A stretch of DNA of 64,000 nucleotides from Podospora anserina. Taxonomy: Eukaryota. Within the stretch, counting starts at the first letter, position 1, and every line of letters starts with the position of its first letter. Location: assembly GCA_017654855.1 (NCBI GenBank), contig CM030335.1, positions 992,001 to 1,056,000 of the forward strand, read 5' to 3'. Under the pieces are notes generated by a model that saw only the letters and a list, made by a program, of their open reading frames with translations, was not told the origin of the DNA and searched no databases. Below are positions 1-13,079 of the stretch, piece by piece. A program made the position numbers and the translations under genes.

Positions 1-672
1 CTCCAGGCCTACGACAAGGTTATCAGTGGCTCGGTCAACTGGCGGCACGTCAACAAGCTCCCAGCGCACGGCGGTGAGATGTCGAGATTCAAGGCTGTGG
101 AAAACACCAACTACGCCATTGAGCTCGGCAAGCAAAACGGCTTCTCGCTTGTTGGCATCCAGGGTGCGGATATCACTGACGGGCAGCGCACTCTGACGCT
201 TGGTCTGGTCTGGCAGCTCATGCGCAAGGATATCACTGTTACCCTGAAGGGCCTGGCGCAGCGGTTGGGCAAGCGCGAGATCACCGATTCGGAGATGGTC
301 CGGTGGGCCAACGACATGGTGGGCAAGGGCGGTCGCAAAGGGACCATCCGATCGTTCAAGGACCCTGTCATTGGGTCGGGTGTGTTCTTGCTGGATGTGC
401 TGAATGGTATGAAGAGCAGCTATGTCGACTACGATCTTGTCACGCCTGGGCGGAACGACGAGGAGGCGTATCTCAATGCCAAGCTCAGTATCAGTATTGC
501 GAGAAAGATGGGGGCGACGATTTGGCTGGTGCCCGAGGATATTTGCCAGGTTCGCAGCCGTTTGGTGACGACGTTTATTGGTATGTGTTTCGGTTCCTGA
601 TGAACACGATGAAGAAGCTAATGTGGTAAAACTATAGGTTCTCTGATGGCGACTCACGAAAAGATGCAGTAG
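1..672 (+). CDS. SAC6: Fimbrin (actin-bundling protein), 3' part, truncated by the window start; intron 581-637
   Basis: CH3/CH4 motifs RFKAVENTNYA..LVGIQGADITDG..LTLGLVWQLMR and NAKLSISIARKMGATIWLVPEDI; GTATGT..CTAAT..TAG intron; last exon GSLMATHEKMQ*. Confidence 0.95.
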
Positions 673-1484
673 AATGGAGCATCTTTTCGCTTGTTATAAG
701 TTGGAACTCGACAAAAGGTGGGGAGGCGGGGACAGGCAAGGTTCTTGGGAAAAGTTGCGACTACGAAAACAAGTCTGTTTTACGGATTCTCAGTCATTTT
801 CCTTTTCTTCATGCCCCGAATTGTTCTGTTTAGGTAGCACTTTTTGTTGATGGCTTGGGCGTGTGGTTTTATTTACTTTTTCTGCAGAGTAACCGAGTCA
901 TGCGGCGTCTTGAATTCTATCTAGTTGAATCCTTGAATTGGGGAATGTTCCTGGTCTCATCCGATGTGTTGAGGGGACGGGTCTGAGATGATGAGTTGGT
1001 TCGGCGCCACTGGTGATGGGGAGCTGAAGGGGTCAAGCGCTAACTTTGCATGCATGACCCAAGGCTAAGTATCGACGGTATAACGACTGGATAGGTAAGG
1101 TTATTGGTGAGAACAACAGCCACTCTGGTTTCGAGTACCCCCCTTCGTAGACGCTGAGGCAGTGAGTTGAGGGTCAATTCAGGGGTTCTGGGTGGAGTCA
1201 CTCCCGATAAGCGGTGACAGGCGGCAGATTGAACCCTTGCTCCCCCAAAAGTGCAAAAGGAACAAGGGACCCCGCGACAAGAGAGGGGCACTGGACATTG
1301 CATGCGCGACCAGCCGAGACGGTCTTCTTTTGCCCCACCAAAACTTGAGTCAACGGTGGTTCTCGATCTCTGGAACACACTTTCCCTTGGACACCTTTTC
1401 AACCCATTGACTTTTTTTTTCCTTTCTGCGCATACTCGAGGACAGGGACGGGACGAAGGAAGGAACCGAAAACTAGTAGTGACA

Positions 1485-2816
1485 ATGGCGGCCGACAACA
1501 GCAACGCGGAACAGAGGTTCGCTCTCATCAAGGAGAACCTGGCCGAGTTCCTCAATGAGGAGATCATCAAGAAGGTTGTTGATGAGGGGGGCCATCCCAA
1601 GATTTACTGGGGTTTGTATTCACCTTTCACTTGCATAGTATAGGGGGAACAAGATGGGTTATTGACAGAAAGAAACCAAAATCAGGCACGGCAACCACGG
1701 GCCGCCCTCACTGCGGCTACCTCGTCCCCGCCATCAAGATGGCCCAGTTCCTCGCCGCCGGCTGCGAGCTGACGGTCCTCCTCGCCGACATCCACGGCTT
1801 CCTCGACAACCTCAAGGCCCCCCTCGAGCTGGTAATGCACCGCGCCGAGTTTTACCGCTACACCATCTCCACCCTCCTCGGCGCCGTCGGCGTCTCGACC
1901 GAGAAGCTCAAGATTGTGCTCGGGTCGTCGTACCAAAAGTCGGCCGAGTACGTCATGGATGTGTACAAGATGGCCTCGATCATTTCGGAGCATGACGCGA
2001 AAAAGGCGGGCGCGGAGATTGTCAAGCAGACGGATAACGCGCCGCTGAGTGGGCTGCTGTACCCGATTTTGCAGGTGTTGGATGAGCAGTATCTTGATGT
2101 GGATGCGCAGTTTGGTGGGGTCGATCAGAGAAAGTTGTTTATTGCTGCGAAGGAGTGGTTGCCCAAGTTGGGTTACAAGGAGAGGGCGCATTTGATGAAC
2201 CCGATGGTGCCTGGGTTGCATGGGGGGAAGATGAGCTCGAGTGATCCGGATAGCAAGATTGACTTGTTGGACTCGCCGGAGACGGTGGCTAAGAAGATCA
2301 AGAAGGCGCATGCGGCGCCGCAGGTGACGGAGGATAATGGGTTGTTGGCTTTTATTGAGTATGTGCTGCTGCCGGCGAGCGGGTTGAGGGGGAAGAAGGA
2401 GTTCAAGGTGGAGAGGGAGAGGGATGGGTTGGAGACGTTGGTTTATGAGGATATTGAGAAGATCAGGGAGGATTACAAGAATGATATCGTGAGTGTTTTC
2501 CGCTGTGATGAGTGAGATAGGAATGGGGGGGGGTGCTAACATTTGGTGACAGTTGACGCCACAATTGATCAAGCCTGCGATCACAAGAGACTTGAACGCT
2601 CTTTTGGCACCTATCCAGGAGGCGTTCAAGAACAACAAGGAGTGGCAGGAGATTGCCGAGAAGGCCTACCCTCCTCCACCAAAGAAGGAGAAGAAGGTCA
2701 AGAACAAGGGGACACGCTACCCCGGCGGTGGCAAGCCTGAGGAGAAGGCGTTGCCAATGAGGACAAACGGTGATGCGCCTGCCGAAGCTACGGAGGCTGC
2801 TCCATCTGCTCAATAG
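1485..2816 (+). CDS. TYS1: Cytosolic tyrosyl-tRNA synthetase; introns 1612-1685 and 2489-2552
   Basis: IYWGTATTGRPHCGY (HIGH-like), DAQFGGVDQRK and KMSSS motifs; canonical splice sites join the ORFs in frame. Confidence 0.96.
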
Positions 2817-3731
2817 CTTACCTTTTGAGGTATTTGGTTGGTGCTTGGGTCAGCGTAGGAAAAGGCGTTGTGTGCAGTCGGAATGGGTAGAAAGCGTTTA
2901 GATACATGCTCTTCTAACATTGTCTGCGGGGTGTTTGCTGTTTGCTCATGAATGGTATGAAAAGGGCAATGGAAACAATTCTGATCTCACAAAGAATACT
3001 TCGAGAAATGTCTCAACCGAGGATACCACATCCATGGTTCCGGGGTGGGACGAAGGTCGAGGTTGAGGGAGTGAAGGGAACAGCACCCTAACCCTTGTTG
3101 GTTGCTATGTGCTCTTTGACCTGTTGCCGGCATTCCGACGGTGGACGTTACACCTGGGCCCGGCCCCACGCCACCCGGGCGTTGGGCATTCCTCCACCTC
3201 CGTATCCGTCTCTTTTCCCTCTTTTGCCTTTGAGACCATGTCTCTTAGCCACGCTCACATGGTTCCGCCCGATCCGGGGCGGACTGTTGCATGTTTTTGG
3301 CACCGGTGAATCCGTGAAACAATAGGTATAGGAACACAAGACAGAAATAGAATGAAATGTGTTGTTGCATCGCATCATACAGATCACGAGAGGTGTTTAT
3401 ATAATATGAACCGAAGGATGTAGAAATGTGCTTATATGTCGGGTTGCCTGCGACGTCTTCCGGGCTGGCCGCTGCCTTGCCTTATACGCTGATATATACA
3501 TATACATGCAGGCCTTTTTTTTTCTTGCTTGCGCAAGCAGAGCAGATCAAATCCCAGATGCAACTCTACCATGTCATGGTGGGCATCGCCCTGCTGATCA
3601 CGTCGCCTCATCATTCTCACATCATTTATTTCTGGAATGAGTTTCGGGGGATTTGGGGTGAGTTTTTAGATGCGTTGTATGCGCAGCAGGTGACTTTTTA
3701 AGAAATCAAGTTTGCTGTTTATCAGATTGCA

Positions 3732-5602
3732 ATGGCGGTGCTAGCCAACGGTGAGGATAACGGTGCGATGGATTCGACGGTGGCATTCAACGGCTTTCAC
3801 CATGGCCGCAACTCCGGGTCGGAGGCGGCTCGGCCGGGGATATCGTCGATTGAGAGCTCGACTACTACAAGTGAGGAGGAGTCTGGGGCGGATTTATCGC
3901 TTTCTAGGCAGAAGACGGTTGCTGCGCAGTCTTGTCGCGATGACTACCAGCCGTCGACACCACCATCGTCGTTTTCTCAACCAACACCATCGACGCCACC
4001 CCTCACACCTAAGTCTACTACCCCTGTTGTCAAATCAGAGCAAAATGAGAGGAAACACCATCACCTTCACCACCACAAACAATTCACCACCCCGATCTTC
4101 ACCCCCTCGTTGACAACATTTGACCGGCACAATCCCCTCGCCAACTCGTCCCCGTTCTTCGGATTTTACACCCTGTTTTGGATGTCTGTTTTTTTGTTCG
4201 TGGTCAAGATTGGGGCGGATAACTGGAGGGAATATGGCAATGTGCTTGGGACGCATGAGATCCTGTCGACGATGTTTGCTCCTGGGAAGGAGGTGGTGGT
4301 GTTGGGTCTGGCGGACGGGGTGATGTGTGGGTTGACTGGGGTTGGGTTGGTTATACAACGGGGGGTGGTGTTGAGGAGGGGGGTGAATTGGGATGGGTCC
4401 GGGTGGGTGGTTCAGCATGTTTGGCAGACGGGGTTTATGGCTGGGGTGGTGGGTTTTACTCTTTGGAGGGGGTGGCCGTGGACGCATACGGTTTTTTTTG
4501 TTATGCATGGGGTTGTGATGGTGATGAAGATGCATAGTTTTGGGTTTTATAATGGGTATTTGTCTGGGTTGTGGAAGAGGAGGGAGGGGTTGAAGGGGAG
4601 GGTGGAGAGGTTGGAAAAGGGGGTGATAACTGAGGGAGTTGCCAGCTCTGTTGAGAAGGCGGATAACACCGCAACAACAACAACTCGAAGACGGCATGGG
4701 GAAGGGGAAGAAACTGATACGCTCAAGGAAGTCAACATGCTCAAAAGTGAAATCGAGGCTCTTACTGAGGAGCTCAAGGGCAAGGCAACAGATCCGTCGA
4801 GGGCATACCCGAATAACCTCACCGTTTGGAACCACTACGAGTACATTGTCTTCCCGACGGTGGTCTACGAACTCGAATACCCCCGCTCCAACAAAATCAA
4901 CGTCTACTACGCCCTCGAGAAACTGGTCGCCTGCTTCGGCATCATCTTTGTCATGATCATGATCTCCCAGGCCTTTATCTACCCGGTCGTGATGCAGACT
5001 GTGGAGATGAAGGCACAGAACATGCCCTTGGCCGAACGGTTCAAGCAGTTTCCCTGGATGCTGCTGGACCTGATCTTCCCGTTCATGATGGAGTACCTGC
5101 TGGTGTGGTATCTGATCTGGGAGACCATCTTGAACCTTTTGGCCGAGATCACGTACTTTGCCGACAGGAGCTTCTATGATGCGTGGTGGAACTGTGTGAG
5201 CTGGGATCAGTTTGCGAGGGACTGGAACAGGCCGGTGCATAATTTCTTGCTGAGGCATGTTTATCATAGCTCCATCTCGGCGTTCAAGGTCAACAGGCAT
5301 ACGGCGACGCTGATTACGTTTGGGCTGTCGGCTTGTGTGCATGAGCTGGTGATGTGGTGTATTTTTAAGAAGTTGAGGGGGTACTTGTTGGTGTTGCAGA
5401 TGTGCCAGTTGCCGGTGAGTCTTTTCTGTTTATTACCCCTTACTTGGATTATGGGCTTGGTGCTGATGAGATGTGTGTATAGTTGGTGAGGTTGAGTAGG
5501 ACCAGATGGCTCAAGAATAGAGCAACGCTTGGGAATATGATCTTCTGGCTGGGGATATTCACTGGGCCGAGTGTGCTGTGTAGTCTGTATCTAATTCTGT
5601 AA
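3732..5602 (+). CDS. ARE2: Sterol O-acyltransferase (ACAT, MBOAT family); intron 5415-5482
   Basis: PTVVYELEYPR, FADRSFYDAWWN, WNRPVHNFLLRHVY, SACVHE (catalytic His); last exon ends GNMIFWLGIFTGPSVLCSLYLIL*. Confidence 0.93.
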
Positions 5603-6176
5603 ATTTGTTTATGTCAGCAGCAATGGAATCATTAGTAGAGAGAGTTGTTTGCGGTTGTTCCTTTGTCCATGTCTCCATGTCTGTCCTCGACTCGATCTGC
5701 TTCGAGTGTCGGTGCAGGGAAGTTGAGAATAAAAAGGCTTGGCTGACACAGCTTCACAGTGTGCCCCACCCAATCACGAGCGTGGGAGTAGTGGGCCCTT
5801 TCTAGCTTTCAAGTCCGCATCGGGGGCCTTGCCTTTCCACTTTCAACGTTGCCATTCTCCGACACCTCGTCACCGCCAAACATCAACCTTCATCAACACC
5901 CCAGAGCAGAGCAATTTCACCTGTCAGAGGTGCCCATACCACACATTCAAAAGCCGGTCACTGGATATCTTTCCAAGACCACACGGACCACCCCGACGTC
6001 ACTGATACTCTGGGAGAGCTGAAGCTAGCCAGCCGTTGCGCTGTCCCGTTACCCACCTGTCTAAATTTTTCTCAGGCTCCTTCTCGCTCCAAATAAAACC
6101 ATCAGCACCACCACCTGTGTGGCAGCTATTTCCATCGCGTCTCCCCTCTCCCACCGAGTCGCCATCAACCGCCATC

Positions 6177-7498
6177 ATGTCTCGCAACGGCACTACCCTC
6201 TACGTGACCGGTTTCAGCCACGGAACTCGCGCGCGCGACCTCGCGTACGAATTCGAGCGGTACGTCTAACTCAACTCAGCACCCAACCACCACCACCAGA
6301 ACGCGGCGATGGCTCGATCACCAGCTTCGAGCTCGGTCCTCGAATCCTACCTACCTCCCTCCCCCTATCGTCATCGTTCCTCGTTCCTCGTCCCCCTTTA
6401 TCCGCCCTCCTCCTCCTCCTCCTCCTGCAATGCCTTCCGTCGTCGGGCTAGCCTCCCCCCTTTCGCCCTCGCTGCGTACCCTTTCCACCCACCTAGCTAC
6501 CTCCCGTCGTCGGCATGCTCGCTGCCCTCAGTCGCGCTCTTCTCGCTCTCGCACCTCCGCGCCCTCGTACTTCCTCCCTTCGATCGAGCGGTCGGCGATG
6601 ACTTCAATATGAACATCTCTCTCCTTTGTCATTTTTGGGCGAGTCTTCCTGCTAGGTTGCAGATATCCTCAGAGCTTGAATTGCGCGCAGCCAGCGAATT
6701 CCTTTGATGCTTTTGTCTCACAATCCGCTGGTGGTAACCAAATGCTGACACGAATCAACATGTAGATATGGCCGTCTTGTCCGTTGTGACATTCCGGCTC
6801 CTCGCTCTGCCTCCAGCAGACTGTACGTATGATTCTCTCGTTCGAACGACGTGTCTGTTGCTAACACTTTCTCAGCTTCGCTTTCGTCGAGTACGAGGAC
6901 CGCCGTGACGCGGACGACGCGTATCATGATATGCACAACAAGCGCATTGGCCGTGATGACATCTTGAAGATTGAGGTATGTTCTCCTACCATGTATCGGC
7001 AAGAATACAGGAGGCTAATATGGTTCACAGTGGGCTCGCACTCCCCCCTCTGCTTCGTGGAGATTCGACCGCAACGAGCGTGATGGCCGCCCTCGCCGTT
7101 CTTCTCCCCGCCGCCGCTCTCCCAGTCCTAGACGCAGCACCCGTGACTACTCTCCCAGAAAGGATGACCGCCGGGAGCGTGATCGCGATAGAGACTACGA
7201 CCGCGACCGCCGTGACACCCGTGATCGTTCTCGCAGCCCTGATCGGTGAGCTCCCATATCCTTGTGTCAAAAGTTCTGTTTAGTATGCTGACCTGGAACC
7301 TTGCAGTGAGCGGGATCGTGATGTCAAGGAAGACCGCGACCGTGAGGACCGTGACCGCCGCGAGAATGGCACTAACGGTGATGACAGAAAAGGTACGTCT
7401 AGTTGTTGGTTTTATATGGCAACCCTTTATCTAACAATTCAGCAGCCCTGGACAGCCCTGAACGTGCCGCCCACGACGATCTCGATATTGCCGAGTAA
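6177..7498 (+). CDS. srp1: SR-family pre-mRNA splicing factor (one RRM plus RS/RD tail), Srp1 type; multi-exon, 506-nt first intron 6260-6765
   Basis: Spliced product [83 protein letters not shown] followed by RS/RD repeats; resembles S. pombe Srp1. Confidence 0.9.
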
Positions 7499-9511
7499 AG
7501 GCGTCGATTTTAGATTGCAGTTGATGTGACGGTCACTATCTCTCTTACCACCCTCTAGGGTTCTGGCAGTAAGACTGTTAATTTGCATCGCTTTCTTTTT
7601 CTTTGCCATTTTCGGTGGACAACTGATGCCAAGCACGTCAAAGTGCTTGCCTTGACAAAAACGGCGTTTCTTTTAGTTTTCGAGTCGGGGACAGAGGCCG
7701 GAAGTCCATCATATAATAAACAAACTCCCAGTCGGGGAAGCGAACAGATACGGTATTCTAAGAACGATCCGGTAGACGTCTGCCTTACCATGTCTTTTTT
7801 GTTTTCTGTCTCAATGTGTTTCAGGAGGGGGCTTGAGGAAAAGTAAATAGATAGTAGTAGTAGCGGTAGCAATAACAGGACAATTGCTTGGTTCAGAATA
7901 CCTCGTCTAGCAGAAGCCCCCACAATTTCACGTCATGCTTGAGCCCCTGGCAATGCACACACTCAACTCCGCCACTCTAGAGCCTCACCAGATCACTAGA
8001 CACTTCGCCTTATGAGCACCTGATCACAAGACAAACAACACAACCTCTCGCTAAGAACACCGCTCTGATTGAAACTGAAAACGCCTCATGATTGCAATGC
8101 AGATAACACTCAGCTCGGGGTCAGGGAATGCAACCTGCAGCGGGTCCCTGACACTATCTGTAATATCTATCATCTTATGTCTGGACGCAGTAGATCTGTG
8201 CCTGGGTCTACCGAATTCCCCGATGTTCTCCGTGTCAACCCGACAGCAATGCCGCCATTGGTATAACCATTGGCACCACAAATGACCTGCGTTAGTTGGA
8301 GAAGCAAGTGGGGGGTTTAGCTACAATTTCCAGACTATCAGATCAACAAACGTTGAAGCTTGGGGCCAACGGTTACCAACGGACAGGTACCAAGAGAGCT
8401 GTTTTGATGTTTTTCCTAGTGGAGGGGGTTTCGTTGGAACGATACATAGTTTGAAAGCAGCTCCTATTTGAGACTAGGTGATCTGTCTAAAGGAGACATC
8501 ACATGTCCTAATAGACAGATGGGCTTATGACGGGAAGGGTCACCTAGTGAGGGGAGGCGGTCAGCAAGGTACCCGGCGGTAAACGCCCACCGTAGCACTG
8601 GGGTCGTTAGAGGGCTATCGAGATCCGATGGAGGGGCACAGGTCTCAGGATGACCATCTGCGCAGCGCTGATGATGCCTGTCCCTCAGCCCTATTTGATG
8701 GCTGTGGAAGAGGACTGACTGTGTACGGAGTATGGTCACAGGACAGTGCTCAGCTCAGCTGTGTCCAGCAGTGAAACATGTGAGCATAGGTATCAAGATG
8801 CTGAAGAAGTCAAAAGCGTAGGTCTTGGCAGCTTTGCCCTGTTTGAAATTTTCGTCATCCGGGCGCGATGCCGAGCGCAACAAGCAACCACAGCAAGCCA
8901 CTCAACTGCCAATCTGCCCGTCTCCACACACCGGGAGCCACGGTCCCTTCCTCTAAAAGCTTCCATCTCCTTTCCTGGGACCTGGAACAAATGCACAACT
9001 TCAAAAGCGCATCTCTTGCACACACTGCACGCACCCCTCGACCTCGAATCCACAAGCTAACCGTTGCCGCCGAATTCCTATCAGTCTCAGCCCAACAAAG
9101 GCGCCCCCCTATGCGACAAGGGAACCGCACGAGCGACCGTTCTCTTCGACATGTCTATCTCTCTCGCATCTGAACCCTAGCTTGTTTTCTTTTTCCCCTA
9201 CCTTTCCTTGCTGGCTGAATATCGACGAGATTGTTTCAATTGCGGGGACATTGCAGTCCTTTGGCGAACATTGATTGCCCTTTTGTGACACTGTCTTACA
9301 CCTGGAATGCGCGCAGGAACAGCCTCCTGGAAACGCAACACTTCACGAATTCACTTTCTGCCTCTTTTTGCGACGACGACGACGAAGAAGAAGGTTCACC
9401 ACACACACACACAATAGACTTTTGTGGGGCAACCATCATTGAGAGCAACCTACCGGGATAGAGATTTCCTTTTTGCTCTGGAGCTTGTCTCCGTTGAGAT
9501 TTCCTTTCAAA

Positions 9512-10779
9512 ATGTCGGCGCAACAGTCTCACACACCCCAAAACGCGACAGCAGAAACACAAACCGAGACCAACACCCCCACCAGGTCAACAACTGTTGC
9601 TACGATGGCGCCACCACCACCAGATCAGCTCGGCCCGACGACCTACGTTCGTTCGTTCATCTCACAACCAGTAACGGCTGCTTTCATGGCTGGCGGAGTG
9701 GCGGGTGCTGTGTCGAGAACGGTGGTGTCACCTCTCGAGCGCCTCAAGATTCTGTTCCAGGTCCAGAGCGCGGGGAGGGACGCATACAAGCTCAGTGTGG
9801 GCAAAGCGTTGATGAAGATGTGGAAGGAGGAGGGCTGGCGCGGGTTTATGAGAGGCAATGGCACGAACTGCATCCGCATCGTGCCTTACTCGGCCGTCCA
9901 GTTTGGGAGTTATAATTTCTATAAGAGGGTATGTTTGCATTGCGTGGAGGGTCTTGCTGCTTGTGGGAGCTCGGTTGCTGACCGGATGGTGTATTGCAGA
10001 GGTTCTTCGAGAGACATCCCGACGACAGCCTGACGCCCCTGTCCCGCCTGACGTGCGGTGGCATTGCTGGTATTACCTCTGTTACTGTTACCTACCCGCT
10101 CGACATCGTGCGAACAAGACTCTCGATTCAGTCCGCGTCCTTTGCCGAGTTGGGTGAAAGACCAAAAAAGCTTCCGGGCATGTGGCAGACCATGGCGGTT
10201 ATGTACAAGACTGAGGGTGGATTTCCTGCCTTGTACAGGGGTATCGTTCCGACGGTGGCTGGTGTTGCGCCATACGTATGTGGTTTTTTCCGTTGGAAGC
10301 TGAGAAGGGGACGAAGTGTGAATGCTAACCATTTTGGCAGGTCGGTCTGAACTTCATGGTCTACGAATATGTCCGGCAATACTTGACACTGGAAGGCGAG
10401 CAGAACCCCAGCCATGTTAGGAAACTGGCCGCTGGTGCGATCTCTGGCGCGGTTGCGCAGACATGCACATACCCATTGTAAGTTTGAGTGGCAAGCGTGT
10501 GTGTGTTAAGGTTGAAGACGAAAACTGACCACAGCCAGCGATGTATTGCGGCGCCGCTTCCAAATCAACACCATGTCCGGGATGGGCTACCAGTACAAGT
10601 CCATCACAGACGCCGTTCGCGTCATTGTTACCGAGGAAGGTCTGAGAGGCCTCTACAAGGGGATCGTTCCAAATCTCCTCAAGGTTGCCCCGAGTATGGC
10701 GTCCAGCTGGCTCAGTTTCGAGATTTGCCGTGACTTTTTTGTCAGCCTGAAACCGGAAGAGGAGCCATTGCTGAGGTGA
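9512..10779 (+). CDS. Mitochondrial carrier family protein (YPR011C/SLC25A42-like); introns at about 9929-9999, 10275-10340 and 10477-10538
   Basis: Three PX[DE]XX[KR] repeats (PLERLK, PLDIVR, PFDVLR), GFMRGNGTNCIRIVPYSAVQF, LYKGIVPNLLKVAPS. Confidence 0.92.
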
Positions 10780-11613
10780 TCTATCGCCAAAGTCGGCGCC
10801 CAGGATGCCCTTGAAGGCGGGGGTTTGATGGGCTCGACATATTGAAAGGGTCTACGACACCATCTGCTGGAGGAGGACGGGCTGGTCACGACGCACATAC
10901 CTTTACCTACTTATACACCTACATACATCCACCGTCTGTTGAGAGGAAGGCAGCGGTTTAATACGAGTCCTACGATACCACAAACAACCAGCTCCGTTTC
11001 TGATAGAGGTTCTCCGTGGGGAATGATGGCGTGCTTGTTCATTGTGATTTGGCCCCTGGTGAAATGGTTGGGACAGGGCAGAGGGGAGGATGGTAGATAC
11101 AGGGAGAGTGATACGGTGATCCACGCGGTATTTTTTCCGGGTTATGCATACGGTGGTGGGTTTCTTGCGATGTACACCTTAATATCATAGGAGGCGACGG
11201 TTGTCTTGGGAAACATAAAAAGCATGGGTGGTCAGATAGACGGCGGGGAATAAGCATAAGGTTACAATCTAGAGGATTTATGTTTAATGATACAGCATCT
11301 CTCTAGCAGGGCCAAAGGCCAAGTGAATGAAAGTTGATGATCCCTGGATGGCGGGGAGCAAGCAAGGTGAAGAATAAAGTGGGCCTTGACCCGGGAGCAC
11401 TGACCACTGGCCCGCCCTGTGCCCAGCCTCGATCCTGCCAATGGAATTAGTTGCCCTCTCCCACCGCCCGCGCACACAAATCCTGACCCACTGTGGGCAC
11501 GCAAAAATCACCTCGAAATTTTGGCAGCTCCCGCTTCCCTTCAAAACTCTCCATCGCCCAACGAACCTCCCATTGACCCGGATTTTGTCGCCAATCCACG
11601 AGTCACCGTCAAG

Positions 11614-12634
11614 ATGGGTACGTAACCGACGACATTCCGATCTTCCAGCCTTCGTATGCAAGTGGACGAGAGAGTCTGAAATACTGTCTCTCTTGTCTGC
11701 GAACCATTCGGCAGCAAAACTCCGTTTTTGCGCTCCCGGTGTGCGTCGAGAGAGGCCTCTGTCGATATCATCACAGCCGACTTGTTGTCGCTCCGCGCTG
11801 CCCTCCTTGCGATCTGCTTGGAAGAGGAACAGCCTGCTAGCAAACACGGCGCTGTCGATTGATTGAGGAGCCCTCGGTGTCACGAACCAGCCGGTCGAAG
11901 CAAGCCACTTTCAGAGCATACTGGAACCAAAGAGGCTGACTGGCAGTCTGCGAATAGGTATCGATCTCCGCAAGCACCACGAGCGGTCCACGCACCGCAA
12001 GGCCCCCAAGAGCGACAATGTCTACCTCAAGCTCTTGGTGAAGCTCTACCGCTTCTTGGCTCGTAAGTTCTTTACCCCTCCCTCCACGGAAATGGGATGG
12101 GATCGCTAACCAGAAACACCAACCACCGACAGGCCGCACTGATGCCCCCTTCAACAAGGTCGTCCTCCGCCGCCTGTTCATGTCCCGCATCAACCGCCCC
12201 CCCGTCTCCCTCTCGCGCATTGCGGCCAACCTTAAGAACGGCAACGACAAGAAGACCATCGTTGTTGTTGGTACCGTCACTGACGACAACCGTCTCTTGA
12301 CCGTCCCCAAGACCACCATTGCCGCTCTCCGCTTCACCGCCACCGCCCGTGCCCGCATCACTGCTGCCGGCGGCCAGGCCATTACCCTTGACCAGCTGGC
12401 TCTGGAGAAGCCCACCGGTGCCAACACCCTCCTCCTCCGTGGCCCCAAGAACTCCCGTGAGGCCTTCAAGCACTTCGGCTTCGGTCCCCACAAGCACAAG
12501 GTGCGTTTTTCTCTCGGAAAACCTTTGGATGAAGGCAGCACTAACCCCCATTACAGAAGCCCTACGTCGCTTCCAAGGGCCGCAAGTTCGAGCGTGCCCG
12601 TGGTCGCAGAAGATCTCGTGGCTTCAAGGTCTAA
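11614..12634 (+). CDS. RPL18: 60S ribosomal protein L18 (eL18); introns 11618-11957, about 12063-12132 and about 12501-12556
   Basis: Spliced [66 protein letters not shown]...[16 protein letters not shown]. Confidence 0.97.
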
Positions 12635-12887
12635 GCGTCTTTTTTCCGGAAAGAAAAAGCAGACGACAAACGACCTGGAGTTTATACCCGTGGGAGAATC
12701 AAAAAAGGGAAAAGAGTCGGAGCAATACGGCGTTTCTGGCAAATGGCATTGGCGGCAATGGTTATGGAATTTGGTCATCTCTTGTCTTCATGGGCGAACA
12801 AGATTCTGCTTTACTGTTACGAATCAACTGGCAGCACTCTGCTGGCCATGGAATGACAATGACGCCGTTGGGGCCTGCTCCGAACTT

Positions 12888-12896
12888 TGTGTGTGT

Positions 12897-12946
<50 letters not shown>
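12888..12946. repeat. (GT)n microsatellite downstream of RPL18
   Basis: Direct reading, about 29 units with one interruption. Confidence 0.95.
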
Positions 12947-12947
<1 letters not shown>

Positions 12948-13079
12948 TGCCTGTCTATGATGGGAAGAAATGCGATGAATGTGAATTTGAATGGATGTCA
13001 TTTGCCCTCCTAGGATGGAGTGTTTTGAGTAGTCTGTGACGTATGTTGGCAATATTTCCACGCTGCTGTTACATGTGTT

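Noticed and set aside
1251-1484. In-frame open region upstream of the TyrRS AUG as a non-AUG mitochondrial extension
   Set aside because: It is acidic/Gly-rich near the AUG, unlike a presequence, and these fungi have a separate mitochondrial TyrRS.
3086-3096. CCCTAACCCT telomere-like motif
   Set aside because: Fewer than two units; expected by chance.
4035-5342. 435-aa antisense ORF, and similar ones opposite TyrRS, GH6, the coiled-coil gene, NUP133 and SWC4
   Set aside because: Shadow ORFs caused by biased codon usage of the real gene; no recognisable motifs.
12500-13013. Apparent long C-terminal extension of RPL18 with VCVCVC repeats
   Set aside because: Artefact of unspliced intron 3 plus the (GT)n repeat; the spliced gene ends at 12634.
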